Source: an uncultured Bifidobacteriaceae bacterium (lineage in GTDB: Bacteria; Verrucomicrobiota; Verrucomicrobiia; Limisphaerales; UBA11358). Taken from it: a stretch of DNA of 64,000 nt. The stretch is from NCBI GenBank assembly GCA_964536285.1, contig CAZHXG010000004.1, positions 11,121-75,120 on the forward strand. Reading direction: 5' to 3'. The notes beneath the pieces are model-generated. The model was not told the DNA's origin and searched no databases. It saw only the letters and a list, made by a program, of their open reading frames with translations. Of the stretch, positions 23,877-33,444 are shown one piece after another (positions within the stretch are counted from its first letter, which is position 1; each line of letters starts with the position of its first letter). A program made the position numbers and the translations under genes.

Positions 23877-26372
23877 ATGAGAAAAGCCAATTCTTTTTTT
23901 CGCATCGCAATCATATCGATACCGCTGCTCTGGACGGCAAGCGCTTTCGCCGGAGACGCTGATATCCAATTGCCACCGTTGCAGAATGTGACGTTCTTCG
24001 GCGGCAGCCTGAGCGGTGACGCCCTTTTGTATTTGGGATTGGCTTGCTGCGCAATCGGCGCGCTGTTCGGTTTTTGGGAATACGGACGTTGCCGCGCGCT
24101 GCCGGTGCATAAATCCATGAGCAGCGTTTCCAACATGATTTGGGAAACGTGCAAAACCTATCTGTGGCAGCAGGGAAAATTTCTCGTGCTGCTTTGGACA
24201 TTGATCGCCGCGTGCATCGTCTATTACTTCCTCGGCTTGCAGCACAAATCCATCGGTTCGGTGCTGGTGATTCTGGCGAGTTCGGTGGTCGGCATCCTCG
24301 GCAGTTACGGCGTTGCATGGTTTGGAATTCGCATCAACACCTACGCCAACAGCCGTGCCGCGTTCGCCTCGCTCAAAGGCAACTCGCTTAAAACTCTGTT
24401 CATCCCGCTAAGTTCTGGCATGAGCATCGGTCTGTTGCTCGTCTGCGTGGAATTGGTTTGCATGATTGGCATTTTGCTGTTCATGCCGTCGACGCTGGCC
24501 GGACCGTGCTTCATCGGCTTCGCCATCGGCGAATCGCTCGGCGCGGCGGCGTTGCGCATCGGCGGCGGCATCTTCACAAAAATCGCCGACATCGGCTCCG
24601 ACTTGATGAAAATTGTCTTTAACCTGCCGGAAGATGACCCGAAGAATCCCGGCGTCATCGCGGACTGCACCGGCGACAATGCGGGCGATTCTGTCGGGCC
24701 AACAGCAGACGGCTTTGAAACTTACGGTGTGACTGGCGTTGCGTTGATTGCGTTTTTAGCCTTGTCGTTGGCGGCGGCACCGGAGATTTGCGCCAAACTC
24801 ATCGTCTGGATTTTTGCAATTCAAAGCTTGATGGTGCTGGCGTCGCTTGGCTCGTTTTACGTCAACAAAATCATCAGCCACTCGCTTTACAACGACAAAA
24901 AGAATTTTAATTGGGAACAGCCGCTGACGAATCTTGTTTGGATGACTTCGCTGGTTTCCATCGCGGCCACTTTCGCCGCCAGCAAGCTGCTGCTCGGTGA
25001 TTTTACCGACGGGACGGGCGCGGCAGATCCGAATCTTTGGTGGGTGCTGGCAGGAATCATTTCATGCGGCACGCTGGCCGGACCGCTTATCATGGAATTC
25101 ACAAAAATTTTCGTCAGCACCAAGTCACGGCACGTGCGCGAAATCACCACCTGCTCGGGTCAGGGCGGCGCGTCACTGAATATTTTGTCCGGCTTCGTCG
25201 CCGGAAACTTCTGCGCGTTCTGGATGGGGCTTGTCATTCTCACGCTCATGTTTTGCGCCTATCTGCTCTCGCAAAACCCGGCTGTGCTTTCGCTCATGCC
25301 GGAACAATTCAAGTTCGCCGCGCCGATTTTCGCGTTCGGCCTCGTCGCATTCGGTTTTCTGGCGATGGCGCCGGTGATCATCGCCGTGGATAGTTTTGGT
25401 CCCGTGACCGACAACGCACAATCCATTTACGAATTGAGCCGCATCGAGTCACAGCCCAATGTTCGCGCGGAAATCGAAAAGGATTTCGGGTTCAAGCCCG
25501 ACTTTGAGAACGCCAAATTCGAACTCGAAAAAGGTGACGGTGCAGGCAACACATTCAAGGCGACGGCTAAGCCCGTGCTCATCGGCACAGCTGTTGTCGG
25601 CGCAACCACGATGATTTTCGGAATCATCATGCTGCTCGAAAAAGTTTACGGCGGCGTCATCGCCCACTTGAGTCTCGTGCAACCCGAAATCATTTTCGGC
25701 CTGCTGATGGGCGGCGCGGTGATTTATTGGTTCACTGGCGCTTCCTGCCAAGCCGTCGTCACCGGCGCATATCGCGCGGTGGTGTATATCAAGGAACATC
25801 TCAACCTCGACAAGGAGGAAGCTTCCATCGCCGACAGTAAAAAGGTTGTGGAGATTTGCACCATATATGCGCAGAAAGGCATGATCAATATCTTCATTGT
25901 TGTGTTCTGCATGGCGTTGGCGCTCTCATTTTTCAATCCGTATTTCTTCATCGGCTATCTTGTGGGCATTGCGTTCTTCGGTTTGTTCCAGGCCATCTTT
26001 ATGGCGAACGCCGGCGGCGCGTGGGACAATGCCAAGAAAATCGTCGAAGTGGACTTAAAACAAAAAGGCACGGAACTTCACGCCGCAACTGTCGTTGGCG
26101 ATACTGTCGGCGATCCATTCAAAGACACCAGCTCCGTCGCGATGAATCCAATCATCAAGTTCACGACGCTCTTTGGCTTGTTGGCGTCGGAAATTGCTGT
26201 GACGATGACGAATAAAAACTTGAAGCTCGGCATCGGCATATGTTTCTTCATCGTCGCGCTTATCTTTGTCTATCGCTCCTTCTATTCCATGCGTATTCCA
26301 GAGGAGAAGCAGAGTGAGAAATCGCAAACAACTTTGGAACCTAAACCGGAGGAAATGCGTAAAGCGGCATGA
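23877..26372 (+). CDS. hppA: Membrane-bound proton-translocating pyrophosphatase
   Basis: 831 aa polytopic protein with motifs DCTGDNAGDSVGPTADGFETY and DTVGDPFKDTSSVAMNPIIK. The GNTFKA variant at the GNTT(A/K)A position suggests the K+-independent type (inference). Confidence 0.93.
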   Translation: MRKANSFFRIAIISIPLLWTASAFAGDADIQLPPLQNVTFFGGSLSGDALLYLGLACCAIGALFGFWEYGRCRALPVHKSMSSVSNMIWETCKTYLWQQGKFLVLLWTLIAACIVYYFLGLQHKSIGSVLVILASSVVGILGSYGVAWFGIRINTYANSRAAFASLKGNSLKTLFIPLSSGMSIGLLLVCVELVCMIGILLFMPSTLAGPCFIGFAIGESLGAAALRIGGGIFTKIADIGSDLMKIVFNLPEDDPKNPGVIADCTGDNAGDSVGPTADGFETYGVTGVALIAFLALSLAAAPEICAKLIVWIFAIQSLMVLASLGSFYVNKIISHSLYNDKKNFNWEQPLTNLVWMTSLVSIAATFAASKLLLGDFTDGTGAADPNLWWVLAGIISCGTLAGPLIMEFTKIFVSTKSRHVREITTCSGQGGASLNILSGFVAGNFCAFWMGLVILTLMFCAYLLSQNPAVLSLMPEQFKFAAPIFAFGLVAFGFLAMAPVIIAVDSFGPVTDNAQSIYELSRIESQPNVRAEIEKDFGFKPDFENAKFELEKGDGAGNTFKATAKPVLIGTAVVGATTMIFGIIMLLEKVYGGVIAHLSLVQPEIIFGLLMGGAVIYWFTGASCQAVVTGAYRAVVYIKEHLNLDKEEASIADSKKVVEICTIYAQKGMINIFIVVFCMALALSFFNPYFFIGYLVGIAFFGLFQAIFMANAGGAWDNAKKIVEVDLKQKGTELHAATVVGDTVGDPFKDTSSVAMNPIIKFTTLFGLLASEIAVTMTNKNLKLGIGICFFIVALIFVYRSFYSMRIPEEKQSEKSQTTLEPKPEEMRKAA

Positions 26373-26383
26373 TTTGAAAACAG

Positions 26384-26424
26384 ATGCGCCGGTCGAACTC
26401 AAACGACCGGCGCATTTTTTTTTG
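26384..26424 (+). terminator. Rho-independent terminator after hppA
   Basis: Stem ATGCGCCGGTCG / CGACCGGCGCAT with an 8-nt loop, followed by a run of 9 T. Confidence 0.8.
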
Positions 26425-26431
26425 CAGTTAT

Positions 26432-27013
26432 TTATTCTCCAACGCCCGCGTATTCTTCATCCGTCTTGATGCCCATGCCAAGCAGCACGTAATCGTGCCG
26501 GACACCCTTCATATCCACGACGTATTCGGGCAAATGCATCAGCTTTCTGAAGCCGAGTTGAGCGAGGACGCTTAACGCGATTTTGCGTTCACCGTTCATT
26601 TCCGCTTCGAGCCGGCTCAAACCACCGTGCCGCGCTATCTCGATCAATTCTGAAACAAGAATTTTGGAAACATGCCGCCCGCGATATTGCGGATGTGTCA
26701 GCAGCGTGACCAATCCGATGTGCCGCTTCCAACCGCCGAGACGTTGATGCAATGTCGCCTCACCGATGATTTTTTGCCCATGCAACATTATCAACGGCAG
26801 ATTATGATCGAAGTCGGGGTTGCGGCACCATTGGCGAAACATCGAGCGGTCGAAAACCGGTTGCTTGATGTAGAGCCGCTCTTCTTCAGGCACGGTGAGA
26901 AAAAATTTATGGAGCTTGGCTTCGTCGCGTTTGCCGAGCGGCCGTACGACGACCGCTGTGCCGTCCCGCAGCTTGAACGAAACGGGAAATTTTTCGATTG
27001 CATTTTCTAACAT
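26432..27013 (-). CDS. GNAT family N-acetyltransferase
   Basis: 193 aa. GNAT-like core QYRGRHVSKILVSELIEIAR. Confidence 0.75.
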   Translation of the reverse strand: MLENAIEKFPVSFKLRDGTAVVVRPLGKRDEAKLHKFFLTVPEEERLYIKQPVFDRSMFRQWCRNPDFDHNLPLIMLHGQKIIGEATLHQRLGGWKRHIGLVTLLTHPQYRGRHVSKILVSELIEIARHGGLSRLEAEMNGERKIALSVLAQLGFRKLMHLPEYVVDMKGVRHDYVLLGMGIKTDEEYAGVGE

Positions 27014-27150
27014 AAAAGACCTTTTGTTAATTAGATTGATAGCATGTATCAGGCGGAGGTGATAGTTTGAATTCGTTCAAAGCAAAATATGGAGAGCAAT
27101 TGCCAAGAACGGCGCAGTCGGAAACGCCAGTTGGGATATTTTACTATCAT

Positions 27151-27759
27151 ATGAATAATTCATTTAAGATTTCCAGATTATTGCTCAAGGCGCTTGTCTT
27201 GTTTCCGATTCTTCTTCTGCCATCGTTGGCACAGGCGCATCCGGGTTGGCCCGGCCACACCCACGGCTTTATGAACGGCCTGGCGCATCCACTTACGGGA
27301 TTCGACCATATTTTGGCGATGGTTGCCGTCGGGCTTTGGGCGGCGCAACGCGATGGTCGCGCGCTTTGGGCGGTGCCGCTGGCATTTGTTTCGGTCATGG
27401 CATTGGGCGGAATTCTCGGCATGATGGGCGGCGCGCTTCCGTTTGTGGAAACGGGAATTGCCATGTCGGTTTTGGTTCTTGGGGTTTTGATTGCTGCATC
27501 CGTTCGTTTGCCGTTGTTGGCGAGTGTTCTCATTGTCGGCGCGTTCGCATTATTTCACGGCATTGCGCACGGCGCGGAAATGCCCGCGACGGCTTCTGGT
27601 CTGGATTATGGAATGGGTTTTATGCTGGCGACGGCGAGCCTGCATCTTTGCGGTATCGGCCTTGGTCTGACCGCAAAGCGATGGGGTTCGATGCAACTAA
27701 TTCGATGCGCAGGTTGTGCGATCGCGATCTGCGGAGCTTTTCTTTTTTTTATGGCGTAA
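27151..27759 (+). CDS. hupE: HupE/UreJ family nickel/cobalt transporter
   Basis: Signal peptide, then [21 protein letters not shown] and FHGIAHGAE motifs typical of HupE/UreJ. I prefer the ATG at 27151. Confidence 0.85.
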   Translation: MNNSFKISRLLLKALVLFPILLLPSLAQAHPGWPGHTHGFMNGLAHPLTGFDHILAMVAVGLWAAQRDGRALWAVPLAFVSVMALGGILGMMGGALPFVETGIAMSVLVLGVLIAASVRLPLLASVLIVGAFALFHGIAHGAEMPATASGLDYGMGFMLATASLHLCGIGLGLTAKRWGSMQLIRCAGCAIAICGAFLFFMA

Positions 27760-27793
27760 ACCAAATATCTTAAAAATTAACAAAACGAAATTT

Positions 27794-28873
27794 ATGACAC
27801 AAATAAACCAACTCCTCGGCGACAAAGCGGATTATCTGCTCAATTACAACAAACCAAAAATTTCCAGGGATCGTCTGCACATTCCGGGACCGGACTTTGT
27901 TGACAGGATTTTTTCCGTGTCCGACCGCAACGACCGCGTGTTGAGTAATCTCCACCGCATTTTCAATCACGGGCGGCTTGCCGGCAGCGGTTACGTTTCC
28001 ATTTTGCCCGTGGATCAGGGCATCGAACATTCCGGCGGCGCAAGCTTTGCGAAAAATCCGGATTACTTTGACCCGGAAAATATCGTGCGGCTTGCGCTCG
28101 AAGGCGGCTGCAACGCGGTTGCTTCAACGTTCGGCGTGCTTGGCGCGGTGTCGCGCAAATACGCGCACAGAATTCCGTTCCTCGTCAAGATCAACCACAA
28201 CGAGTTGATGACTTATCCGAACAAGTTCGACCAAATCATGTTCGGCACGGTCAAACAGGCGTCCGACATGGGCGCGGCTGCGGTCGGTGCGACGATTTAT
28301 TTTGGTTCGGATCAAAGCGCACGTCAGATTGTCGAAGTCGCGCAAGCATTCGCGCACGCGCACGAAATGGGCATGGCCACGGTGCTTTGGTGCTACCTGC
28401 GCAACAACGCGTTCAAGATCAAAGGCGCGGACGGCAAGTCGACGGATTATCACGTCGCTGCCGACCTCACCGGTCAGGCCAATCATCTTGGCGTGACGAT
28501 TCAAGCGGACATCATCAAACAAAAATTGCCGGAGAATAACGGAGGCTTTAAAGCGTTGAACACCGGAAATTCCAGTTACGGAAAACTGGATGAGCGCATT
28601 TACACCGAGCTGACCAGCGACCATCCGATCGACCTCTGCCGTTATCAGGTCGCGAATTGTTACATGGGACGCGCCGGTCTCATCAACAGTGGCGGCGCTT
28701 CAGGCAAGAACGATCTGGCCGAAGCTGTTGTGACCGCCGTCATCAACAAACGCGCGGGCGGCACCGGATTGATTTCCGGGCGCAAAGCTTTCCAGCGTCC
28801 GATGAAAGAAGGCATCGCTTTGCTCAACGCAATCCAAGACGTTTATTTGAGCAAAGACGTGACTGTCGCATGA
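27794..28873 (+). CDS. fbaB: Class I fructose-bisphosphate aldolase (DhnA/FbaB type)
   Basis: 359 aa, colinear with E. coli FbaB as I remember it ([60 protein letters not shown]). Confidence 0.9.
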   Translation: MTQINQLLGDKADYLLNYNKPKISRDRLHIPGPDFVDRIFSVSDRNDRVLSNLHRIFNHGRLAGSGYVSILPVDQGIEHSGGASFAKNPDYFDPENIVRLALEGGCNAVASTFGVLGAVSRKYAHRIPFLVKINHNELMTYPNKFDQIMFGTVKQASDMGAAAVGATIYFGSDQSARQIVEVAQAFAHAHEMGMATVLWCYLRNNAFKIKGADGKSTDYHVAADLTGQANHLGVTIQADIIKQKLPENNGGFKALNTGNSSYGKLDERIYTELTSDHPIDLCRYQVANCYMGRAGLINSGGASGKNDLAEAVVTAVINKRAGGTGLISGRKAFQRPMKEGIALLNAIQDVYLSKDVTVA

Positions 28874-29055
28874 GTTGAATTTTGATTTGCTCCGAGCGGT
28901 GCCGTGATTTTTTTTGATCGTCGCGTTTCGCACGACTTTAATCTGGCGATCTCCGCGCGACGATGTCACGTCGCGCTATGTGCCGCACGCGGCCTCGACA
29001 GGCAGTTCACTCGCCGCTTCCATCTTTCATTGTAAAGATCTGCATGAGAATAAAA

Positions 29056-29223
29056 TCACTTTCCAAGATACTTTGACGGGTTGCGTATCCGGTCGAGCCG
29101 TTCGGCTTCACGTTCGTCCAGGACAATCTGCCACCGTCTCTGCTTAAGTGCGTTTCGGGGAAACTCGCAGGTCTGTTTGACGCGTTGGATGATGGTCTGG
29201 CAAATAAGCTTCAGTGTGTTCAT
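29056..29223 (-). CDS. Possible 55-aa small protein, below the ORF-track size cutoff
   Basis: ATG-initiated ORF MNTLKLICQTIIQRVKQTCEFPRNALKQRRWQIVLDEREAERLDRIRNPSKYLGK in an otherwise unassigned 520-nt gap. No family recognised. Confidence 0.25.
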   Translation of the reverse strand: MNTLKLICQTIIQRVKQTCEFPRNALKQRRWQIVLDEREAERLDRIRNPSKYLGK

Positions 29224-29285
29224 CGGTGTTGTATTAACGGTTCAGGTTTGAACTGCCGGCCACGGCTCTTGAGACTGTCACCCTC

Positions 29286-29333
29286 CCAAACACGAAAGCC
29301 CGGTGAACACCGGAGGAAAAGTGTTCGCCGGGC
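29286..29333 (-). terminator. Putative rho-independent terminator of the minus-strand BON operon
   Basis: 13-bp stem GCCCGGTGAACAC / GTGTTCGCCGGGC (one mismatch), followed on the minus strand by TTTCGTGTTTGG. Confidence 0.5.
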
Positions 29334-29394
29334 AATGCCGGTCCGGACAAAATTTCATTTCGTCCGGGCTGTGCAAATGATTCATGTCCGCTCG

Positions 29395-29610
29395 TCAGAC
29401 GCGCTTGGTTTTCACGAGCAGCAACACGATTCCACCGACGAGCGCAAGCGCTCCGACGGCGGGCGGGATAAAATGGTTATCGGTGGTCTGAATGTGCATC
29501 CCAAGGAACTCGATGGGTTTTCCCGGAGTCGTGAAGCTCAAGCCCGAGTAGGCGAGCACCACGATGCCCAAAGCGACCAGAATGACTGCAACGACGGTTT
29601 TTGTGTTCAT
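29395..29610 (-). CDS. Small two-TM membrane protein
   Basis: 71 aa with hydrophobic N- and C-terminal helices. Last gene of the BON operon. Confidence 0.55.
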   Translation of the reverse strand: MNTKTVVAVILVALGIVVLAYSGLSFTTPGKPIEFLGMHIQTTDNHFIPPAVGALALVGGIVLLLVKTKRV

Positions 29611-29647
29611 ATTGAATCTATGGTTAATTTTCCTGGCTGACAGTTTT

Positions 29648-29800
29648 TCAAAGCACGGATTTCCGACCGGAGATGATTCTGACTAAAATCATCACGACAG
29701 CGATGACGAGAAGGACATGAATAAAGCCGCCCATGGTGGTGCCGGTCACCAGACCGAGCAGCCAGAGAATGAGCAGGACCATTGCGATTGTGTATAACAT
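29648..29800 (-). CDS. lmo0937-family small membrane protein (50 aa), not in the ORF track
   Basis: My hand translation gives MLYTIAMVLLILWLLGLVTGTTMGGFIHVLLVIAVVMILVRIISGRKSVL. This matches the WLLG...GGFIH.LLVIA pattern of the lmo0937 family. Confidence 0.75.
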   Translation of the reverse strand: MLYTIAMVLLILWLLGLVTGTTMGGFIHVLLVIAVVMILVRIISGRKSVL

Positions 29801-29869
29801 ATATTCCTTGGTTTGTTTTGCTCACTGCTGGCTGGCGCATTTCCGCGCCAGCCGGCAATAACTTATTGT

Positions 29870-30646
29870 TTAGTTCGCAGCCACAGGCACGGCGATGGTC
29901 ATGTTGTTGATCACGCTGGTCACGCCGTTGATGTCGGTCGCGAGCTTGGTGACGAGGCTTTTTTCAGCGTCGTTTTTGGCAATGCCGCTCAAGGTGACGA
30001 CGCCGTCCGTCGTTGAAACCGTGGTGTGCAAGGCGCTGGTCGAACGATGCGACAGCAACGACGACTTGACTTCAGCCGTGATGGAGGCGTCGTCAATTTT
30101 GTCGCCAATGGTTGCGTCTGGAGTTGCCGGAGTATTGGCAATCGTCATGTCGTTCTTGACCTCGTTGACGTTGTCAATGTCCCTGGCGTATTCGGTGGTG
30201 AGTTCCTTCTGCGCCATGCTGCTTGCTTCACCCTGCAAGGTGACGATGCCGTCTTTCACATACACGGTGGTTCCGGTGGCGCTCACGTTACGATGGAACA
30301 ACAGCGCGGTTTGCACTTTCATTTTGATCCACATGTCGGAATGTTCAGCCGGCTGTTTGCCGTTGATCAGTAGTTCATTGTCCACGGTTACGACGCCGGG
30401 CAGACTCGCCACGGTGTTTTCGGCCATGGATCTGTGCGACGCATCGGCGACCGTGCCGGTCAAAGTGACGACGCCATTTTTGGAATCAACCTTGATTGAA
30501 TCGTCCTTGAGGTAGTTTTTGAATGTATAGGAGTGTGCGGCGGACGATTCGATGCGGCTGTCCGTGCTGGCAGCGCGCACTGGCGAACTGGTGATTAATA
30601 TTGTGCTCACAACCGCTGCGAGCGTTAAGGGGAACATTGATTTCAT
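29870..30646 (-). CDS. Periplasmic BON-domain protein (OsmY-like, three BON domains)
   Basis: Signal peptide MKSMFPLTLAAVVSTILITSSPVRA, then three repeats of the type GVVTLTG.A....K..A......GV..V.N. Confidence 0.85.
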   Translation of the reverse strand: MKSMFPLTLAAVVSTILITSSPVRAASTDSRIESSAAHSYTFKNYLKDDSIKVDSKNGVVTLTGTVADASHRSMAENTVASLPGVVTVDNELLINGKQPAEHSDMWIKMKVQTALLFHRNVSATGTTVYVKDGIVTLQGEASSMAQKELTTEYARDIDNVNEVKNDMTIANTPATPDATIGDKIDDASITAEVKSSLLSHRSTSALHTTVSTTDGVVTLSGIAKNDAEKSLVTKLATDINGVTSVINNMTIAVPVAAN

Positions 30647-30717
30647 TTTATTTCTTTCGTTTGTTATGTTGTTGGTTTTTGACACTTGAAGCACGTTAAG
30701 TGATGCGCCAACTCCTG

Positions 30718-30738
30718 GCTATGGGGTGTAACCCTACC
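30718..30738 (-). promoter_or_regulatory. Conserved stress box (copy facing the BON operon)
   Basis: The minus strand reads GGTAGGGTTACACCCCATAGC. It lies 80 nt upstream of the BON start. Confidence 0.6.
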
Positions 30739-30800
30739 GTGAATTGCTGGAGGCGTTCTCGCGGTAAACTGTTTCAGCCCGTCTGGAGACAATCGGCGAG

Positions 30801-30820
30801 TCGGGTTTTACCCCATATAC
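30801..30820 (+). promoter_or_regulatory. Degenerate stress box (copy facing the two-component operon)
   Basis: TCGGGTTTTACCCCATATAC keeps the GGGT-N3-ACCCCAT core. It lies 70 nt upstream of the ATG at 30881. Confidence 0.4.
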
Positions 30821-30880
30821 AAGTCCAGGCACCCGACAGATACTGACTGCGAACTGGTAACAGGTGAATTCGTCATAACC

Positions 30881-31579
30881 ATGAAACGAAAGTTGATCAA
30901 GTTGTCACAACGATACGTGACAGCGTTGCGAAAACACCTGAAGCCGGGATTACGCCGGAGCTTGCAGCCGGCGCTGGGACTGGGACGCCAGGCTGTCGTG
31001 CTCGGGCTCGAGACGCTGGAACTGGCCCGAATTCACGAGAAGGCGATCACCACACTGGAATTATCCAAAAGTAAAAACGGCTTTACCAGGCAGGCGGAGA
31101 TTTTTTTTACCGAGGCCATCACCCCGATCGTGGAGACGCATCGCGCCGCGCGGCAGAGCAAGATTCAACTGGACCGGCTGAACGAGACGCTGAACCGGCG
31201 AACGGTGGAACTGGCCGCCACGAACCGTCAGTTGCGACACGGCATCGTCCGCCGCAAGTGCGTGGAAGCCGCCCTCAAGAAAAGCGGCGAACACTACACC
31301 AGATTGTTGAAGGATTCCCTGCAACTGCAGGAAGGCTTGCGGCAACTGACGCATCAGGTGCTGGCGGCGCAGGAGGATGAACGCAAGAAGATCAGCGGCG
31401 AACTTCAGGACGAAATCGCCCAGACGTTGCTGGGCATCAATGTCCGCCTGCTCTCGTTGAAACAGGAGGCACGGAACAACACCAAGGGTCTGAAGAATGA
31501 AATCGCCAGCACACAGCGGTTGGTGGTAAAATCGGCCAAGTCCGTGCGGCGGGTCGCCCGTGAATTCGGCAGCTCATGA
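30881..31579 (+). CDS. Truncated histidine-kinase paralog: RsbU_N-like helical domain, coiled coil and first DHp helix, with phospho-acceptor His replaced by Gln and no ATPase domain
   Basis: 232 aa, colinear with residues 1-230 of the next gene. The H-box reads ISGELQDEIAQTL versus ISRELHDVIAQTL in the neighbour. The stop overlaps the next start (ATGA). Confidence 0.8.
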   Translation: MKRKLIKLSQRYVTALRKHLKPGLRRSLQPALGLGRQAVVLGLETLELARIHEKAITTLELSKSKNGFTRQAEIFFTEAITPIVETHRAARQSKIQLDRLNETLNRRTVELAATNRQLRHGIVRRKCVEAALKKSGEHYTRLLKDSLQLQEGLRQLTHQVLAAQEDERKKISGELQDEIAQTLLGINVRLLSLKQEARNNTKGLKNEIASTQRLVVKSAKSVRRVAREFGSS

Positions 31580-32742
31580 AAGCCAAATTTTTTAGACACT
31601 ATCAGTCGGCATTGCTGAAGTATCTCAAGCAATGCCCCGGCGGACGCCTGCAATCGGCGCACGGCATGGGACGGCAGGCGCTGGCCGCCGGCCTGCAGAC
31701 GCTCGACGTGGCCAAGCTCCACGAGCAGATATTGATCACCCAGGTGTTGCCGGGCCTCCCGGCCGGCAAACGCGCCACGCTCATCAAGCAGGCGGGTGCT
31801 TTCTTCACCGAGGCGATCACCCCGATCGAGAAAATTCATCGCGGCGCGCACGAGGCCGCTGTCCACCTGAACCAGATCGTCGAGATGTTGAGCCAGCGCA
31901 CAGTGGATCTGGCCGCCTCGAACCTGGAATTGGAACAGGAAATCACCCAGCGCAAGGCGGTGGAGGTGGCGCTCAAAAAAAGCGAGCACCATTACAGCCA
32001 GTTGCTGGAACAATCGGATCACCTGCAGGAGCAGTTGCGCCAATTGTCCCGCCAGATCCTCTCGACACAGGAGGAGGAGCGCCGGGAGATCAGCCGCGAA
32101 CTGCATGATGTCATCGCCCAGACTTTGACGGGCATCAACGTCCGGCTCGCGGCCTTGAAAAAGGAGGCCGCGCTCAACACCAAGGGTCTCGACCGCAACA
32201 TCGCCCGCACGCAACGGCTGGTGGAAAAATCGGTGAACATCGTGCATCAGTTCGCCCGCGAATTGCGCCCGGCAGTGCTGGACGATCTCGGCCTGATCCC
32301 CGCGCTGCATGCGTTCGTCAAAAATTTTTCCAAGCGGACGGGCGTCCACGTTCACATGAAGGTCTTTGCGGGGGTTGAACAACTGGACAACAGCAAACGC
32401 ACGGTGCTCTATCGCGTCGCGCAGGAGGCGCTGACCAATGTCGCACGCCATGCAAAAGCCGGACGGGTGGAAGTGAACATTCAGAAGCTTCACGGTGCCG
32501 CCCGCATGGAAGTCAAAGACGACGGCAAATCCTTTCAAGTGGAGCGCGTCATCCATTCCAAGGAAAATAAACGATTGGGACTGCTCGGCATGAGGGAGCG
32601 CGTCGAAATGGTCGGCGGCACTTTTTGCGTCGAGTCCGCGCCCGGCCGCGGCACCACCATCCGGGTGGAGATTCCATTCAAACACGTCCCGAAGGACGCG
32701 CTGAAAAAATCCGGTAAAAAAACCACACTAGAATGTCCATGA
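31576..32742 (+). CDS. Cytoplasmic sensor histidine kinase (RsbU_N-like N-terminus, HisKA_3, HATPase_c)
   Basis: H-box ELHDVIAQTLTGI, N-box QEALTNVARHA, G-boxes DDGKSF and GLLGMRERVEMVGG. No TM segment. Confidence 0.9.
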   Translation: MKAKFFRHYQSALLKYLKQCPGGRLQSAHGMGRQALAAGLQTLDVAKLHEQILITQVLPGLPAGKRATLIKQAGAFFTEAITPIEKIHRGAHEAAVHLNQIVEMLSQRTVDLAASNLELEQEITQRKAVEVALKKSEHHYSQLLEQSDHLQEQLRQLSRQILSTQEEERREISRELHDVIAQTLTGINVRLAALKKEAALNTKGLDRNIARTQRLVEKSVNIVHQFARELRPAVLDDLGLIPALHAFVKNFSKRTGVHVHMKVFAGVEQLDNSKRTVLYRVAQEALTNVARHAKAGRVEVNIQKLHGAARMEVKDDGKSFQVERVIHSKENKRLGLLGMRERVEMVGGTFCVESAPGRGTTIRVEIPFKHVPKDALKKSGKKTTLECP

Positions 32743-33416
32743 AACGAATCACTGTCCTGTTGGCCGAAGACCACACCATCGTGCGCGAGGGGTTCCGCAA
32801 GATGCTCGAACTTGAAGACGACTTTGAAGTCGTCGGCGAAGCGCCGGACGGGCGGCAGGCCGTCACGCTGGCCAAAAAACTCCGTCCCGACGTGATGTTG
32901 ATGGACATCGCGATGCCCCTGCTCAACGGCCTGGAAGCCACCCGCCAGATTCTCAAGGCCGTCCCCGGCACCAAAATAGTCATCCTCTCCGCGCACAATG
33001 ACGATGCGTATGTCAAAAATGCGAGCGAGTCCGGCGCGATGGGATTTCTGCTCAAACAAAACTCCTCCCACGTGGTGTGCGAGGCCATCCGGCAGGTGCA
33101 AAAGGGGAAAGCGTTTTACGGCCCGACGGTCGCCAGGCGTCTCGAACGCATCAATTCCAAATCGTCCAACGGCTCGAAACCAAACGGCAAGAAAATTTCC
33201 AAACTGACTTCGCGCGAGATGGAAGTGCTCCAGCTCATCGCCGAGGGCAAGGCCAACAAGGAGACCGCGTCGGAACTGGGCATCGGCATCAAGACCGTCG
33301 AGAAGCATCGCGAGCATCTCATGGAGAAGCTCGACATCCACGACACCGCCGGACTCACCCGCTACGCCATCAGCGCGGGCATCATCGAGAGCAGCGTCCA
33401 GTTGACCATCGTTTAG
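32733..33416 (+). CDS. NarL/LuxR-family response regulator (REC plus GerE-type HTH)
   Basis: ITVLLAEDHTIVREG...DVMLMDIAMP, and a C-terminal LTSREMEVLQLIAEGKANKETASELGIGIKTVEKHREHLM. Confidence 0.93.
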   Translation: MSMKRITVLLAEDHTIVREGFRKMLELEDDFEVVGEAPDGRQAVTLAKKLRPDVMLMDIAMPLLNGLEATRQILKAVPGTKIVILSAHNDDAYVKNASESGAMGFLLKQNSSHVVCEAIRQVQKGKAFYGPTVARRLERINSKSSNGSKPNGKKISKLTSREMEVLQLIAEGKANKETASELGIGIKTVEKHREHLMEKLDIHDTAGLTRYAISAGIIESSVQLTIV

Positions 33417-33444
33417 CAGCGCCCCGCAGTGTTGTTTCGCGCCG

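Noticed and set aside
28914-29640. Track ORFs 28914-29147 (+) and 29185-29640 (+).
   Set aside because: The second overlaps the well-supported minus-strand 71-aa membrane protein and the terminator hairpin. Both translations are Arg/Cys/His-rich with no domain. The region is better explained by a minus-strand small ORF and a terminator.
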